A stretch of DNA of 64,000 bases, from assembly GCA_002633005.1 (NCBI GenBank), contig NMRA01000841.1, forward strand, positions 1 through 64,000. Reading direction: 5' to 3'. This DNA comes from Phoronis australis. Its lineage: Eukaryota > Animalia > Phoronida. The translations under genes and the position numbers were made by a program. The notes beneath the pieces were generated by a model. That model had not been told where the DNA came from, searched no databases, and saw nothing but the letters and a program-made list of their open reading frames with translations. This document shows positions 1 to 13,130 of the stretch, piece after piece (position 1 is the first letter of the stretch; the number at the start of each line of letters is the position of its first letter).

Positions 1-672
1 CTTGACATGCGCAGTTGAGTGGGTCAGAACTCCAAAGCTGCTGTGAACCCAGTACCTCAAGTCCAACAAATGAGTTCTGATTTCAGTCCATTTCTGTTAT
101 AAAACTAGCCTTTACTTGTTCCTTACTCTGAGTAGAGATGATGTTTGGGCTTACAGTTTGTTATTGATTGAGACCATTTAAATATGTTTATGTTCTCAGT
201 ATGGTTTACAATACATTCTTTAGTTACACAGGATAGTGGACTTAGCTCTCCATAGTAGCAGTATAACAAGGCACTGGCATGGTAGCCGCAAAGCGTTGGT
301 CACTACGTTGTGTAACCAGAGTTTTTCATGAAAAAAGTTCTGTATATTTCAGTTTTAATCACGGGGAAATTGTTCCAAAGTTTTGGAACTGCTAAGTACT
401 CTAAACCAACTAGACTAAAAATTTTGCTTCGCTGAAAAAGGCAGTAGTACCTTTAAAATTTATTCCTGGTACAATGAGATAACCTAGCTCTCTGGTTGAG
501 TAATCAAACACTCACTATGAGATGTCCTTGGGGACATGTGGTAACTATGTAATTGGAGAAGCAGTGCTATATGAAGCTTAGTTTTCTCTGGTGTTCATTT
601 TAGAGTTCTTTTTTTCTCTAGTAGTTTGTGAACTGAAATGGAGTCCAATTTGTTGTAGTTTGAAGTTAATGA

Positions 673-2527
673 TTTTTATGCACCCACCGTCATTTCTGTG
701 CAGGCGTCCATCGTCTGACATCGGCCGCTGTATCTCCTTAACTCCTTGCAGGAACTTATTGAAATTTGGCAGGTGTGTTCCAATGCGTCTGACGACAGAT
801 GACGATGAGTTTCAGACCAATCCGGATACTGTTGTGCCTCCTAGTGGCAATTTTAGTTTTTTACGTTTGCCTCTGTATCTTCGGAGTTCCTTGTTGGATT
901 TTCATGAAATTTGTCAAATAGGTTTTTAATAAGGTGATGATGCCATTCCATTTTCAGATGGGTCTGACAGATTTTATGTTACCTTGTGGCCATTTTTTTA
1001 ATTTTGCGTCTAGTTTCTGGCATCCTCTATCTGTCATACCACTTTAAGAATCGCCACGGCTGATGATTACGTTTGTACAGTTTGGCCTGCTGTGTTGCCC
1101 CTTAGGTTTCGATTTTGTTTTTTGCATCTGAGGCCGAATCTCCTTAACCCTTTGAAGGAAATTTGTGAAATTTGGAAGATTTATTCCTATGGAACCGCCA
1201 ACAAACGGAAATGAGTGTCGAACTAATCCAAATATCACTGTGCCCCCTAGTGGCAATTTTTCTTTTAAGTTTGCATCTATCTTCTGAATTCATTCATGTA
1301 TTTTCATGAAATTTGGCAAATAGGTTTCCATTTAATACTTGCCAACTTTGGTCGGGTGCTGCAAAAACGATTGTTGGGCATTGTTGTTGAGGATAAAATG
1401 CCTCGTTTTAACATTAGTTTTAACAGCGTAAATGCAAAAGTGCATGTTCCAAACATGCAGAACCATTCTAGTTTGGACACAACAAGCATAATGGCGAATT
1501 CGTGCAAGCGGTGAATTAAGGAGACGATGAGGCCTTTCCATTTTTCAGGCAGATTTGGCTTTTTTTGCACTACCTGGTGGTCATTTTGTTGTTTTTGCAT
1601 CCATTTTCTGGCGTCTGCCTTCTTATCTGCCGTACAGCTTACAGGATTATTATAAAAATTTGCAGATGTGTTTCTGATGAGAAGGCCACGACTGATGTTG
1701 ACTTTCAGACGGGTCCAACTACTGTGTTGCCCCCTAATGCCAATTTTTTGCATCTTCAGCCGAATCTCCTTAACCCTTTGTGAAATTTGAAGGATGTGTT
1801 CCTATGGAGCTGATGACAAAAGGTAACAAGTGTCGTACTCATCCAAATGTCACTGTGTCCCCTGGTGGCAAAATGTTTTTTGCGTTTGCCTCTGTATCTT
1901 AGGAGTTCATTGATGTATTTTCATGAAATTCGGTAAATAGGTTTCTATAAAGGAGACGACAATGCCTTACCATTTTCGGACAGATTTGATGTTTTCTGCG
2001 CCACCCCATGGCCATTTAAACATTTTTGCTGTACATGTTTTTGACATTTGTCTCTATCTGCCAAACCACTCAAAGTATCATTATGAAAATGGACCGTTGT
2101 GTTCCTGATGCAAAGACACTGGCTGACGATTTTCAGATGTTTTCAACTATTCTGGCATTCCCTAGGGGTAATTTTGCTTTTTTGCATCTGTGGCTGTATT
2201 TTCCCTTCGAAGGATCTTTATGAAATTTGGCAGTTGGGCTCCTATAGAGATGGCCACAGATGACGAGTTTCAGATCAATCGAACTATAGCTGTGCCCCCT
2301 AGTGTCAATTGTTTTTTTTTTCATCTGCCTCTATATCTTAGGAGTTTCTTGGATTATTTTCATGAAATTTGGCAAATAGTTGTGTATTACAGAGGCGGTG
2401 CCAGCTTCTCAATTCGGACGGTTTGACACATTCTGTGCCATTTTATGATACTAAAAATACCCATAGAAGCACACCGTTTGCAGTGCTGTTTTGGGTGTAT
2501 TTCAATGGTCCGCGTTGGTCTTGTTTA
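673..2527 (+). mobile_element. Helentron/HINE-like non-autonomous element with about 4 degenerate internal tandem units of roughly 410-440 bp
   Basis: Starts TTTTTATGCACCC. GAAATTTGGCAGGTGTGTTCC-like and TTCATGAAATTTGGCAAATAGGTTT motifs recur (about 760/1168/1781/2222 and 901/1304/1921/2361). The 3' end ...CCGCGTTGGTCTTGTT is shared with the copy at 19096. Confidence 0.55.
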
Positions 2528-4041
2528 CCTATTTAAGACTTATCGTAAAAGTATAGACTTGGGCACTGTGTCTAATCGTTGTACTAGAAATTGAACTCAA
2601 AATTAGTTTTGACATTTTCCTTTCTGCTTTAATACAAACTGTTGAAGTGTCTACAATTCATTGATTGATTACGTATGTTATGGTTTGAGTGTATGTCTGT
2701 CTAATCTTGGTTTCCATTTGTTGACTCCATCATGAAACCTATAAGTTTGCGTCTGAACTCGAATTTTCAAGTTTTTACTTCTCTTTGCAGCTCAAGCGGT
2801 CCTCAAGAACAAATATAGACTAGAAAGTCATGTACTCAATCATAGAATAATGGACATTTATCTTGAGGTTGTCGTGATTGGACGAAAAATGTTTGATTTT
2901 GAGCTGGAGATTTCCGTCCTGTACTTTTTTGAGCTTTATTTAATCATATAAGTCGATAAATCTTGTAGTCAGGCATAGACTAAGCTTGTGACAAACTCCA
3001 TACACAAGTCAAGAGTTTTCAGGTCACTCAAGTGCTGGTATTTGGATTGCTGCAACTGTTGCTGCAACTGTCGCATGCAAAGTCATTCAACTAATCAACG
3101 TTCTCGGATTATGATGTCAGTTGGTGTTAATCTGCTAGGTTATCTATTTATAGAGCATGTTGCTCGTCAGTTGTCATGTTGGTTTGAAGATGTTTGTCTT
3201 TGGTGTAAAATACTCCCATTTTATAATCCGCTTGAATGTTAAAACTTGGGAGTTTGCCTTTAGATAATCAATCCTACACTTTTATGATGTACTCCTCCCT
3301 TAGAAAAAGTGGAGTTTGTGGTGGTTTGTGCAAGGTGTTCATTCCAATCGATTTACAGGTGTGGCAGGTGATGTCAGAACTGTGAATTGTTCTGCGCGGA
3401 GATAACCAAATGTAATGCTTAAATTGATAATGTACCGTATTCTTCCTTGTTAATGCCAAGTGAAAAACTCACGTAAAATGGAGAGGCCATCAAGCTGAAC
3501 ATGAGATGAGTTAAACCAATCTTTTTTTAAAAATAGGAGTGTCATTTCATCCAAACAATCAGGGATCTGTGTTAATGTCATCCAAGCACTGGTGCAATTT
3601 ACCATAGACAATGCACTCTTTTTAAGCATGCGTAAGCAATTAGCATGTATTTTACTTCTTGAAATTCTCTGTTGTTGACCACTCACAAAGGTACAGACAA
3701 TTTAAGTCATCTCACGGGCTCAATTGTCAATTGGGGTTGTGCATATATCATAAAAACAGGAGTGTGAAAGGAATGGGAAAGTTTGGGAGTGGGCGTTTCG
3801 CAGAACGTGGACGGTAACTAACCTGAATGTATAGGACACTTGATGATTTGATTAAGGCTAAGCATTTAGTCATTTACTATCTCCTCATGTCACTTTTCCA
3901 CTAGCAGACTGATGACATTGTAGGTCTCACTGCTTATGTAAAGAAGTTGTTTGAATAACGTATAGCCACTAGACGCAAAAATGTGACCTGTACCTTATTA
4001 CAAGTGTGTTTTTACTTTTCAGTCCTATAGCTAGACGTTTT

Positions 4042-4268
4042 ATGGGGAATTTCTGTGCTAAAGGAGGAACAACCACTGCAAGTATGGTGAATCCCAAGTT
4101 TCACGTGAACGCCCGTTGCCCCACCTACCCAGGGAGTGACGTGAAGCGATATCAAGTACCTGACAACAAAGTGCCATGGTCTCAGCCATTCCCTGAGTAT
4201 AGTCCAGTCAAATACTGTGCCAAGTCTGTGCAGAATATGCCCGTTTGGGCAGATCTACCCGAAGATAG
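4042..4268 (+). CDS. NUDT9: NUDT9 first visible coding exon (acceptor at 4021-4022; ATG at 4042)
   Basis: MGNFCAKGG...[26 protein letters not shown]...PVWAD; donor AG|gtgtgt, phase 2. Confidence 0.88.
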
Positions 4269-7200
4269 GTGTGTTGTGTTTCGATTATCAATTATTGTGA
4301 CAGGGAAGCTTTCACTTTGCATAAAACTTTTTGGCATTTTTGAGAGGCTTGTTTCACAGTGCTGCAACAATGCTTAAAGGGTCAAAATGCTAACTGAATT
4401 CTTTTATAATGTAATGCTGTTGTACTTAAAATTTTGATTTCATTGAACATGGTATGGCTTCATCAAAGTTATGGCGAAACCTCGGAAGCTAGCTAGACAA
4501 GAAATAACTTTTTTTAAATCATTGGGTAATTAGCCATACATTTTTTCTTTTAAATGTGGCCGATTTGAGATGAGAAGAAAATTTATAAGCATGTCTTTTC
4601 AGAGTCGCTGGAAACCAAACAATCTTTATTAGAAAAGTGACAAAAATACCTCTATGCCATCATGACAGTACCTGTATCCTGAATCATCAAAGACCTTTTT
4701 CACGATAAATAAACTTCACAAAACTGGAAGGCATTGAATGCCACTTAGGTTTTGTGCTTAGTTTATTCAGGAGAAGTGAACGTCACAGGTGTGAAATACC
4801 TGCACCTTGTCTCATGTCCAACACCAAACCTTGATTCACTTTACATGTACCATGTACATTGCCATCTACAGTGCTTTTGAACTATCTTCAAGAAATTGTT
4901 ACAAATACTGATCACCTGTTTAAAATGCTTTATTTAAAATCAGTTTCCGTGAAAATTTATTTTGTTTAGCACAAACTGGTTTTGGTGTGTATGTAAAATT
5001 TTCCTATTTCCTACTATTAGACCATGTTTTTGGGTGTTTCTTGGAAATTTTCTGTGTTGGAAGACAATGCTGAATGATAAGTCAGAAGCCGGGATATAAT
5101 CTTGTCACTCATAATCAAACTCAAAACTGTTTTTTCAACCTGCTCTTTTCTACAGTACTTCGGTATCAACTCAAGATTAGTATTCCGTTATTCTGTTCTC
5201 AAGTATGTTATGGTTTACATGGATGACTGTAATTCTATTTTGCACCTGATAAGCCCAACATTAAAGCTAAAAGTTCAAGACTGAACTCAAAGTTTTGACA
5301 TTTTACTTGAAAACTCAGTTTTTAGCTCAAAACTAAGGGTCATCAAGTGCAAATGTAGTCAAGTATGGTTGATTGATTGGTTTATCATTACTTGGCCACT
5401 TTGCTACGTGTTATTCTATTTTGTACGTGTAACAAGTATGTTACCTTATAAAGTTCGTGCTTTTCTGGTTTAACTTAGTTTATTGGTACTGGTAACCCAG
5501 CTTCCATATATGGGTATACACATCCTTTGTATTAGGGATCCTGACTAGAAAATATCTATTTTGATAATATCAGTCTCCCTAACACAGTTTGTGAACTGCA
5601 TGCTAAAGCTCACAAGTTGTTTTTCGATAATTTTAAATGTTTCAGCTGGTGGATAGGATTCTTCAATATCTTGACGCATTTTTTATTTCTTTCAATTCAT
5701 AGATTAAAAGAAAAACCACCTCAATTTAACACTATGGATGGCACAGTTAATCGACTTAGTCACATGGGGCCATATGAGATAGTCAAAGGTTTACCGAGGT
5801 GAGTATGGAATGGATAAATACTTCAATATCACTAATAAAAGTGATGGTTATCAGTCAGTATCATAAAGTATGATGGTGTCATGGTGGCCTGATAATGCTG
5901 TTGTACCTCTAGCAGTATAGATAGTGCACAAGTCTTTGACAGCTCCTCTCATACATTGAGCTGACAGCCCAAGTTTGGGCTGTATAGTTTGTGGTAGATA
6001 AGCAGTATAACCAATGTTTTGATTTGTTCCCATTACTGAGTGTGTTATGATTAACAAATAAGTTAGGGTCAATGGCATGTTTGAACATTTCATGGTATCA
6101 GCGTGGGGGAAGCAATGAATTTTTTTCCATCTAGATTTGGGTTATGCTAAACTATGATTGGAAAATCTCCAGTAGGCAGGAAACCAGTATTGGTCAAATT
6201 TATAGGGAAGTGTTTGTCATCGAAACATATACTTGTTAGATTATTTTTTGCCTAGTTCCATTTACTTTAAAACCAAGAAGTGGTGGAATTGAAAGGCTTT
6301 TGCTCATGTAAAATATCAGGATTCATAGAAATGTCTAATAACAAGAATTCATCTGCTAAATAATAATAAAACACATCTGGAGATGACAACTGCGGTAAAA
6401 TCTGGTTGATTCAGGACACAATGTGGCGAGGAGGCAGTGTGGCCTAGTGTGATAAATGTCCGCTTGCTCTCTCGAGGTCATGGGTTCGAGTCCCACTGGG
6501 CCACACTGCTAGACCCTTGAGTCAGGTCTCTAGCTTCTCAGCTCGGTTTTAACTTTATATTAATAAAGCACAAAAAATGGTTCGTGGTGTTCAGTGCAAT
6601 GGGCCCTCATGCGTGGTTTGAGTGTATCAGACTGCATGTAATTATTTTTTTTGACATAGTGTGGCAGACGGGTGACATTTTATTTTCTCATTTTGTTATG
6701 AAGATAAGTATGACTAAATCCATGCTTTGCCATGTTCAAGCTCAGTTCCATAAGTTACTCCGCCAATGATTTTTACAATTCTAGTCATTCACAACGTCAG
6801 AATACCTTGAACAGTGGAAAAATGGCCATGCCTGTTTGTAACTGTGGACCGGACTAAACAAGGCCAGGATTTGGTTCTTGAAAATGCGATGCAAGACGGA
6901 TTATTTTGAAAAATAGACTTTGTTGCATAGACTATCAATAGTCAATGGCTGATTATGATCTTGGCTGTGTCAGTTTCAACAATGTGCACAACACAATCTG
7001 CCCACAGCATGTGATGTCATGAGCAGGGATGTCACGGCAACAGTGACTTACTATTATTTGTTACCACATTTGAGAGCAAGCTTTTACTGTTTTAAAAATA
7101 AACTGAGAGTGGGCGTTAGCCTAAATTTTGATCATTTAAAACTTATCTTTTTCTAAGTTGGGTGTGGGCGGTAGAAGGGCAGTAGCAGCGTATATCAAAA

Positions 7201-10200
7201 CTGTTCAAGTTGTGGGTGGGGACTTACGCACGTATGGCCAAATATTTAACCATTATTATTTTTAACCAAATGATTGATTTTGTTGTTCACCGTGGAAGTA
7301 TTGAAAACACCTTAAAAATACTGAAATAGCTTCAACAAAGTATGGTCTTAGAAATTTGTGCAAATGTGGCCTAGAATTATTTTGTTTAACAATGCAAAAT
7401 CAATAGACAAAGTGAAGTGGTATGAGCACTTGAAGATTTCAGTACATCACTTGAATAATTAACAGGCTCAGTGTCATTTTGTTTTTACTACTCATCCATT
7501 TGTGTAATCAGTGCAATGTTGCGCAAACTGCAGTAATTAATGAAATACGTCAATGGCGTCTTCCAACAAATGGTTCGGATTTTGTTCAGCACATTTTTGC
7601 GACGTTAATAGAGCATTTGTATTTAGCTATTGATTACCTGCAGTGTTTTGATAAACGAGTCTGTTATTATGAATCACAAGACTATTTTATCTTGAAATAG
7701 TTTGAACAACATGCCTGTCTATTAGTAGACAAAGCATTGAGTGTCACTCGGGAGGTCTTGTATGTATCTGGCTTTCTGATCTTAAATCATTGCCCATAAC
7801 GAGTGGTGTGAAGTAGTTCTGAAAACAATTCTCTGGTTTCACCAGAGTGAATACTATGTACAAAGTTCAAGTCTTGTAACCAGAGCATTACTGACTATGA
7901 TGATTATTATTATAGTTATTATTATAATTACAGTATTAACTCACCAATTTCCAAAAAATAATTGCCAAGGCAATCATGTTTCATTTTTCAAAGACATTGT
8001 TGTGAATGGCCACAATTTTTTAAAACATTGTCAAGTGTTACCCTATGGTGTAGAACTTGGAAGATTGGAGTTTTTATTTCGTGTTGCTTATTTTTCTTGA
8101 AAAATTGACAAATAAAAACGTGTTCACTATATAATGTTTGATGAGGCTTTACTGCATTTTTATGGTTCTGATTATTGTGATGTTTGTGGTGATCCTTATG
8201 TATGTCAGTCATTTACATGTTGTCCTTAATTTTCAGGAATCCTGTAGGCAGGACAGGTGTGTGTGAACGAGGCCTTCTGGGCCGGTGGGGGCCTAACCAT
8301 GCTGCTGATCCTATTGTTACCAGGTAAGACAAAGTGGCAAGACATTAATTTCCCTTGTGTGGCCACTTGCGAGAACAAAATATTTTTGCAGCATAAATGA
8401 TTGTGCCACAACCATGAAAAACGGAAAGATTAAACTATTTCACGGACCGGATTATCCATCTCAAATTAGCAATGGTAGTGTGATGGGAAACAGTTCAAAG
8501 ACAGTCTTAGCCCTTCTGTTTAAAAGTTGAAGTGGGCTACTTCACTGTCGTAATTTAGGTATCACGCACCGCGGTCACTATGGTATGTTCCAATGTTAAT
8601 GTCCCGATTTGTATTGCATTTGAACAACTGGAAGCTAGACAATAAATCTGTAGATGAAGTCTTACAAACCACCACTTGCATACTTTCAACATGTTAGCAT
8701 ACAGCTATGACCCCTATAAATATTTTTTTTACATTTCCCAAAGTCAAAAAATTAAAATATATTGTAACAAAAAAATATTGACACATGTCCTTTTCGATGC
8801 AAAATGATCAATAATTCAGACCTTTGAATGACACGCTACCTACTTTCTTAAATATAGGGCATGACGGATTTATATAATCTCCAAAGGTTCAAGAAATTGT
8901 ATTTACCAATTTTAAACTCATGTATAGAGACAGATTTCACACAAACATCTTTCCTTCAAACTGTCACCCACAAATTGACAAAATAGTCAAAAAATAATTA
9001 ATGGAAGTTTGTAAGTATGCTTTAGTGAGATATTGGGTACACTTGTTTGACTTCGCAGGGTCAATCGGCTTAGACTTCTGATCGGTCGATGACATCCTGC
9101 GGATGATGCACCAATCAGATGTCGTAGCCGGTTGACCTGATAGTCATTCTTATAGTTAGTGTGCATCTTCTGCTTAATGGTGAGTTTGAATGTTTTGTTG
9201 TTGTTGCCTCGTTTTTGTCTTCTTGGTCTAAAATACTTAACGCAACACTTGATTGTCATAAATTATCTCTCGTTATTTCAGGTGGAAAAGAAATGGTAAT
9301 GGTGAAATAGTTAAAGACAGGAATAGTGGTAAAAAACTTCTGCAGTTTGTAGCCATACAGCGTGCAGACACAAAGGAATGGGCTATACCAGGGGTAAGAT
9401 AAGTCTTGTTTAGATTAGTAATATTTCTTAAATGTCAGGGCTCAACACTTAGTATAACCTCAAATCGCCTGGCAAAATTCACAGATCGCCAAACTGGAAC
9501 TGAGGTCCCCAGTTCTTGTTGGTAAGAGCTGAACAAGAGCTGAAAATGAAAAAAACAAGTTTCCTGAAGTGAAATATCCACCGGTGACAACTAATTTCTT
9601 TCTTTCGGGTACAATACCCCATGCACTGGCTCACCTACTGAGATGGACAAACACAGTCGTGCCCTTCCGTTTTTTGCCAAATGATTCTGACTTCCATCAG
9701 TGTACTTCCTGTGTTTTTTTGATCGACATGGTGCGTTGACTGTGGCAACCTGGGATTTTTATCAGGTTGTCAAACAAATTGTGAGGCCGAATGAATGTGA
9801 TATGATATGCATTGTGACGGAAAACATTTGATTTAGGCCTCTAAAATTGTAGATTGTTCTTTACACAGTGTGAAAGTGATACCTCAGTCGGCTTATTAAG
9901 CCCCAACAGTTCGTTATTGCTTAAAGTCATACTCTGCAATAGAATAGTCACCAGTTGAATTCAACTAACTGAGCCTGATCTCAAGTAGTTAGAAACCTTT
10001 AGTTCTCTCCAAACCTAGAAAGCACTTCTAATCTGGGTATGGAACAATTTGAAGTCAGTTTTCAACAATGTTAGTTTTTGACAAAAGTTCAGTTTGTAGC
10101 AGCTTTGAAGTCTCATTTATGGACACCATAATATGTGTGTCCTCATACTTCAACAGTAAGATTTGTGGACAATTAACTGCATGTGTCCTCAGTTCAACAG

Positions 10201-13130
10201 TAAGATTTGTGGTTGAGGTCAAGGATTTTATCTTAGAAGTTTTCCACGCCACTCACCTTATTGGTAATTTTAAGTCAATGTTGGTTAAGTATCACGGTAT
10301 TGCTGAATACTATCATGTTGTGTTGTAGAATTTCAATCTGTTTTCTTCCAGGGAATGGTGGATCCAGGCGAGGCTGTATCAGCTACTTGCAAACGGGAAT
10401 TTAGTGAAGAAGCTCTCAGCAGTTTGAATGTCTCTAGTGAACATAAGAAGAAAATTAGTTCAGATGTTAAACTATTATTTGATAATGGTATAGAGGTGAG
10501 TGTATTTTTTGTGGAACAGGGTAGAATTTTGGACATGGAATATTATATGCCCATGATGCATGTGTGTGTGTGTGCACATCTCCATCAACTGCACCGGACT
10601 GCTGCTGTATCTCCAAAATACTTTGATGGGTGTTCATGAAATTTTGCAGAGGTGTTTCTGTCATGGATGGGATGGCACACGCCATTTTTTTAACGAGTTC
10701 GAGTACAGCTGTGTCTGCTGGTGGCAATTTCTTTTTTTCATTTGCCTTTGCATTTCCTTTGTTCGGCGATGGATTTCAGGTGAATAGATTTCTATGAAGG
10801 TGGCATTGACATGTTTTCATTTTTGGAGGGATTTGACTCCATCAAAGAAATTGGTAGAAACTGAAGCACAGACAAAAAAAAACAAAATTGCAACCAGAAG
10901 GCGCCAGGGCAACTGGATCTGTTCTAGAATCACTCTGCTATGCTCTTCTCAATAGGAGCACTTCTGCCACTTTCCACAACAATTCTTCGACGAGTGGTTT
11001 GGCAGATCGAGGCGGATGTCAAAACGGACTTGAAATATTGTAAGCAGCCACTAGGAGCGCACAGAATATGTCGTAATGGAACATCATGAAATTTGGTTTA
11101 CGGTTTTCCTACGTTGATTTTAGTACAAGTCTGGCTATTGTGGCATGTCCTAGTGGCAAGTTTATTTTTTCTTTATCTAATTCTATTGTGCAATATCTGT
11201 TAACTTCCTTGATAAGGAAACAATGGCATCTGTCCCATTTCAAACAGATTATACCAATGCTTTGTCCGCCAATAGACTTCTATTACCTTTACATCTGTTT
11301 TTCTCCATCCAGCAACCTATTCACCAATCTACTCAACAAATCATCATGACTGGTGGCAGGTGTTTCTATTGATGAGAATATAGTTAACATCGATTTTTGA
11401 AGAAATCCAACTCCCTAGTGGCAGTTTTATCTTTGTTTGCATCAGCTGTCTTGTAAGTTGGATTTATCGTTATGAAATTTAAGTGTTCTGATTCTTTTGA
11501 GAAGAGTCGAGCTGCCACTGATTTTTTAGACAGATCCAACTACTGTGGCNNNNNNNNNNNNNNNNNNNNNNNNNNNNNNNNNNNNNNNNNNNNNNNNNNN
11601 NNNNNNNNNNNNNNNNNNNNNNNNNNNNNNNNNNNNNNNNNNNNNNNNNNNNNNNNNNNNNNNNNNNNNNNNNNNNNNNNNNNNNNNNNNNNNNNNNNNN
11701 NNNNNNNNNNNNNNNNNNNNNNNNNNNNNNNNNNNNNNNNNNNNNNNNNNNNNNNNNNNNNNNNNNNNNNNNNNNNNNNNNNNNNNNNNNNNNNNNNNNN
11801 NNNNNNNNNNNNNNNNNNNNNNNNNNNNNNNNNNNNNNNNNNNNNNNNNNNNNNNNNNNNNNNNNNNNNNNNNNNNNNNNNNNNNNNNNNNNNNNNNNNN
11901 NNNNNNNNNNNNNNNNNNNNNNNNNNNNNNNNNNNNNNNNNNNNNNNNNNNNNNNNNNNNNNNNNNNNNNNNNNNNNNNNNNNNNNNNNNNNGGCCCCCC
12001 CCCCCCCCGCATAGGCCCATGTATTAATTTGCACATAGACACACCCGGTTTCTTTTTAAAAATTGACTTGATTTCCATGAACAACATTTTACTGTATTTT
12101 CAAACCTTTAGGCTCATGGGGCTATTTCCAAAATAATGCCGTTTATAGCAGCCTTTTTTTTACTCATTGACAAGTGGTTCACATGTTGGCACTTGCGCTT
12201 GAGTTATGCTTATAAGCACAGTTCCACCCAGATGCCCATGGGCCAAATGGCGTGGCAATACGATAAGAGGTTGTTGGTTCAACCACAATTCAAAAGATAA
12301 GCGGTCCTCAGAAATGTCTTCCTGTTGTCTGCTTATATTACTTAACTGTAGGCCAAAAACGGGAAAGACCCCAACTCGCCAATCAGCACGTTTGGCAGTG
12401 ACGGGGTAACTTGCCAAAGGGCACGCGTGGCAGTGAAAGAGTTGAACTAGATAGCTTTGCAGTTGAATTCTGTTAATGCAAAGCTTGTAACTGATTAGAA
12501 ACGGAAAGGGTATCTTTAAATGCGCCTGCAAGAACTGCATCTGCTGTATGCTAATAGTGGGGCCATATAACCAGTGTGAATCCCAAAAGAGGAAAGTAGA
12601 AGATGCAGTTAGTGAACTAGAGCCACAGACCTGCACGTGGTGCATGTTATAAGCCACACGTCAAGCATAGCAGAATTTACTCGGTTGTCACCATAGTAAT
12701 AACAGCCATAGCAGAATATTTGCGCTGTGAATAACAGTGCATAACAGTTTCAAAGCTTTGCTTAATGTATACGAGCGCTGTTACAGAATGGAACTCAAAC
12801 TTAGACAAAACGCAGAAACATAGTGCTTACTTGTAACATTTATGCAAATGAGAAAATTTTGCACTAAAAGTGAGTATTTGGGTAGCAGTTTTTCTCTCAG
12901 ATGTGTTGGGACTCCACGTGCAATTCCTGTGAAACGGTTTAAGCAGGTTCGGGTGACTCAAACGCAGTGCGCAGTTTGTAAATCAATAATACTCCTATTC
13001 TTGCCTTTTTTGTGCAGGTGATGATGCAGTCAGCGTACGATGGCAAGATATCCACTCTGGAGTGAAGTTATTTGCCAGTCACAGTGACTTCATACAGGAA
13101 GTGGCTCACTACCACAACGCTCACTGGTAG
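4042..13130 (+). CDS. NUDT9: ADP-ribose pyrophosphatase NUDT9, spliced gene: exons 4042-4268, 5703-5798, 8237-8323, 9282-9393, 10352-10495, [missing exon], 13018-13130
   Basis: Phase-consistent GT-AG exons translate to NUDT9 motifs [73 protein letters not shown] (Nudix box) and [20 protein letters not shown]. The true start may lie in an upstream exon. Confidence 0.95.
5703..5798 (+). CDS. NUDT9: NUDT9 exon
   Basis: catag|A...CCGAG|gtgagt; [27 protein letters not shown]. Confidence 0.93.
6431..6535 (+). mobile_element. tRNA-derived SINE fragment
   Basis: A box TGGCCTAGTG and B box GGTTCGAGTCCC followed by a CCCTTGAG core-like sequence; no complete cloverleaf. Confidence 0.5.
8237..8323 (+). 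CDS. NUDT9: NUDT9 exon
   Basis: tttcag|G...ACCAG|gtaaga; [29 protein letters not shown]. Confidence 0.95.
9282..9393 (+). CDS. NUDT9: NUDT9 exon
   Basis: tttcag|G...CCAGGG|gtaaga; WKRNGNG...[18 protein letters not shown]. Confidence 0.95.
10352..10495 (+). CDS. NUDT9: NUDT9 exon (Nudix box)
   Basis: ttccag|GGA...GAG|gtgagt; [22 protein letters not shown]. Confidence 0.95.
10540..11549. repeat. Degenerate copy of the same HINE-like repeat family (NUDT9 intron)
   Basis: Shares TTCATGAAATTT and CCTAGTGGCA motifs; (TG)n tract near the start. Confidence 0.45.
13018..13130 (+). CDS. NUDT9: NUDT9 last coding exon
   Basis: tgtgcag|GT GAT GAT GCA...; [37 protein letters not shown]. Confidence 0.93.

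Noticed and set aside
6431-6505. Possible tRNA gene
   Set aside because: A and B boxes are present but there is no proper cloverleaf, and it runs into a SINE-like body.
11472-12087. Long ORFs spanning N runs (also near 50837-50963 and 57640-57806)
   Set aside because: Artefacts of translating gaps.
12160-12657. 165-aa antisense ORF in a NUDT9 intron with faint hAT/Buster-like wording
   Set aside because: The similarity is too weak to support without a search.
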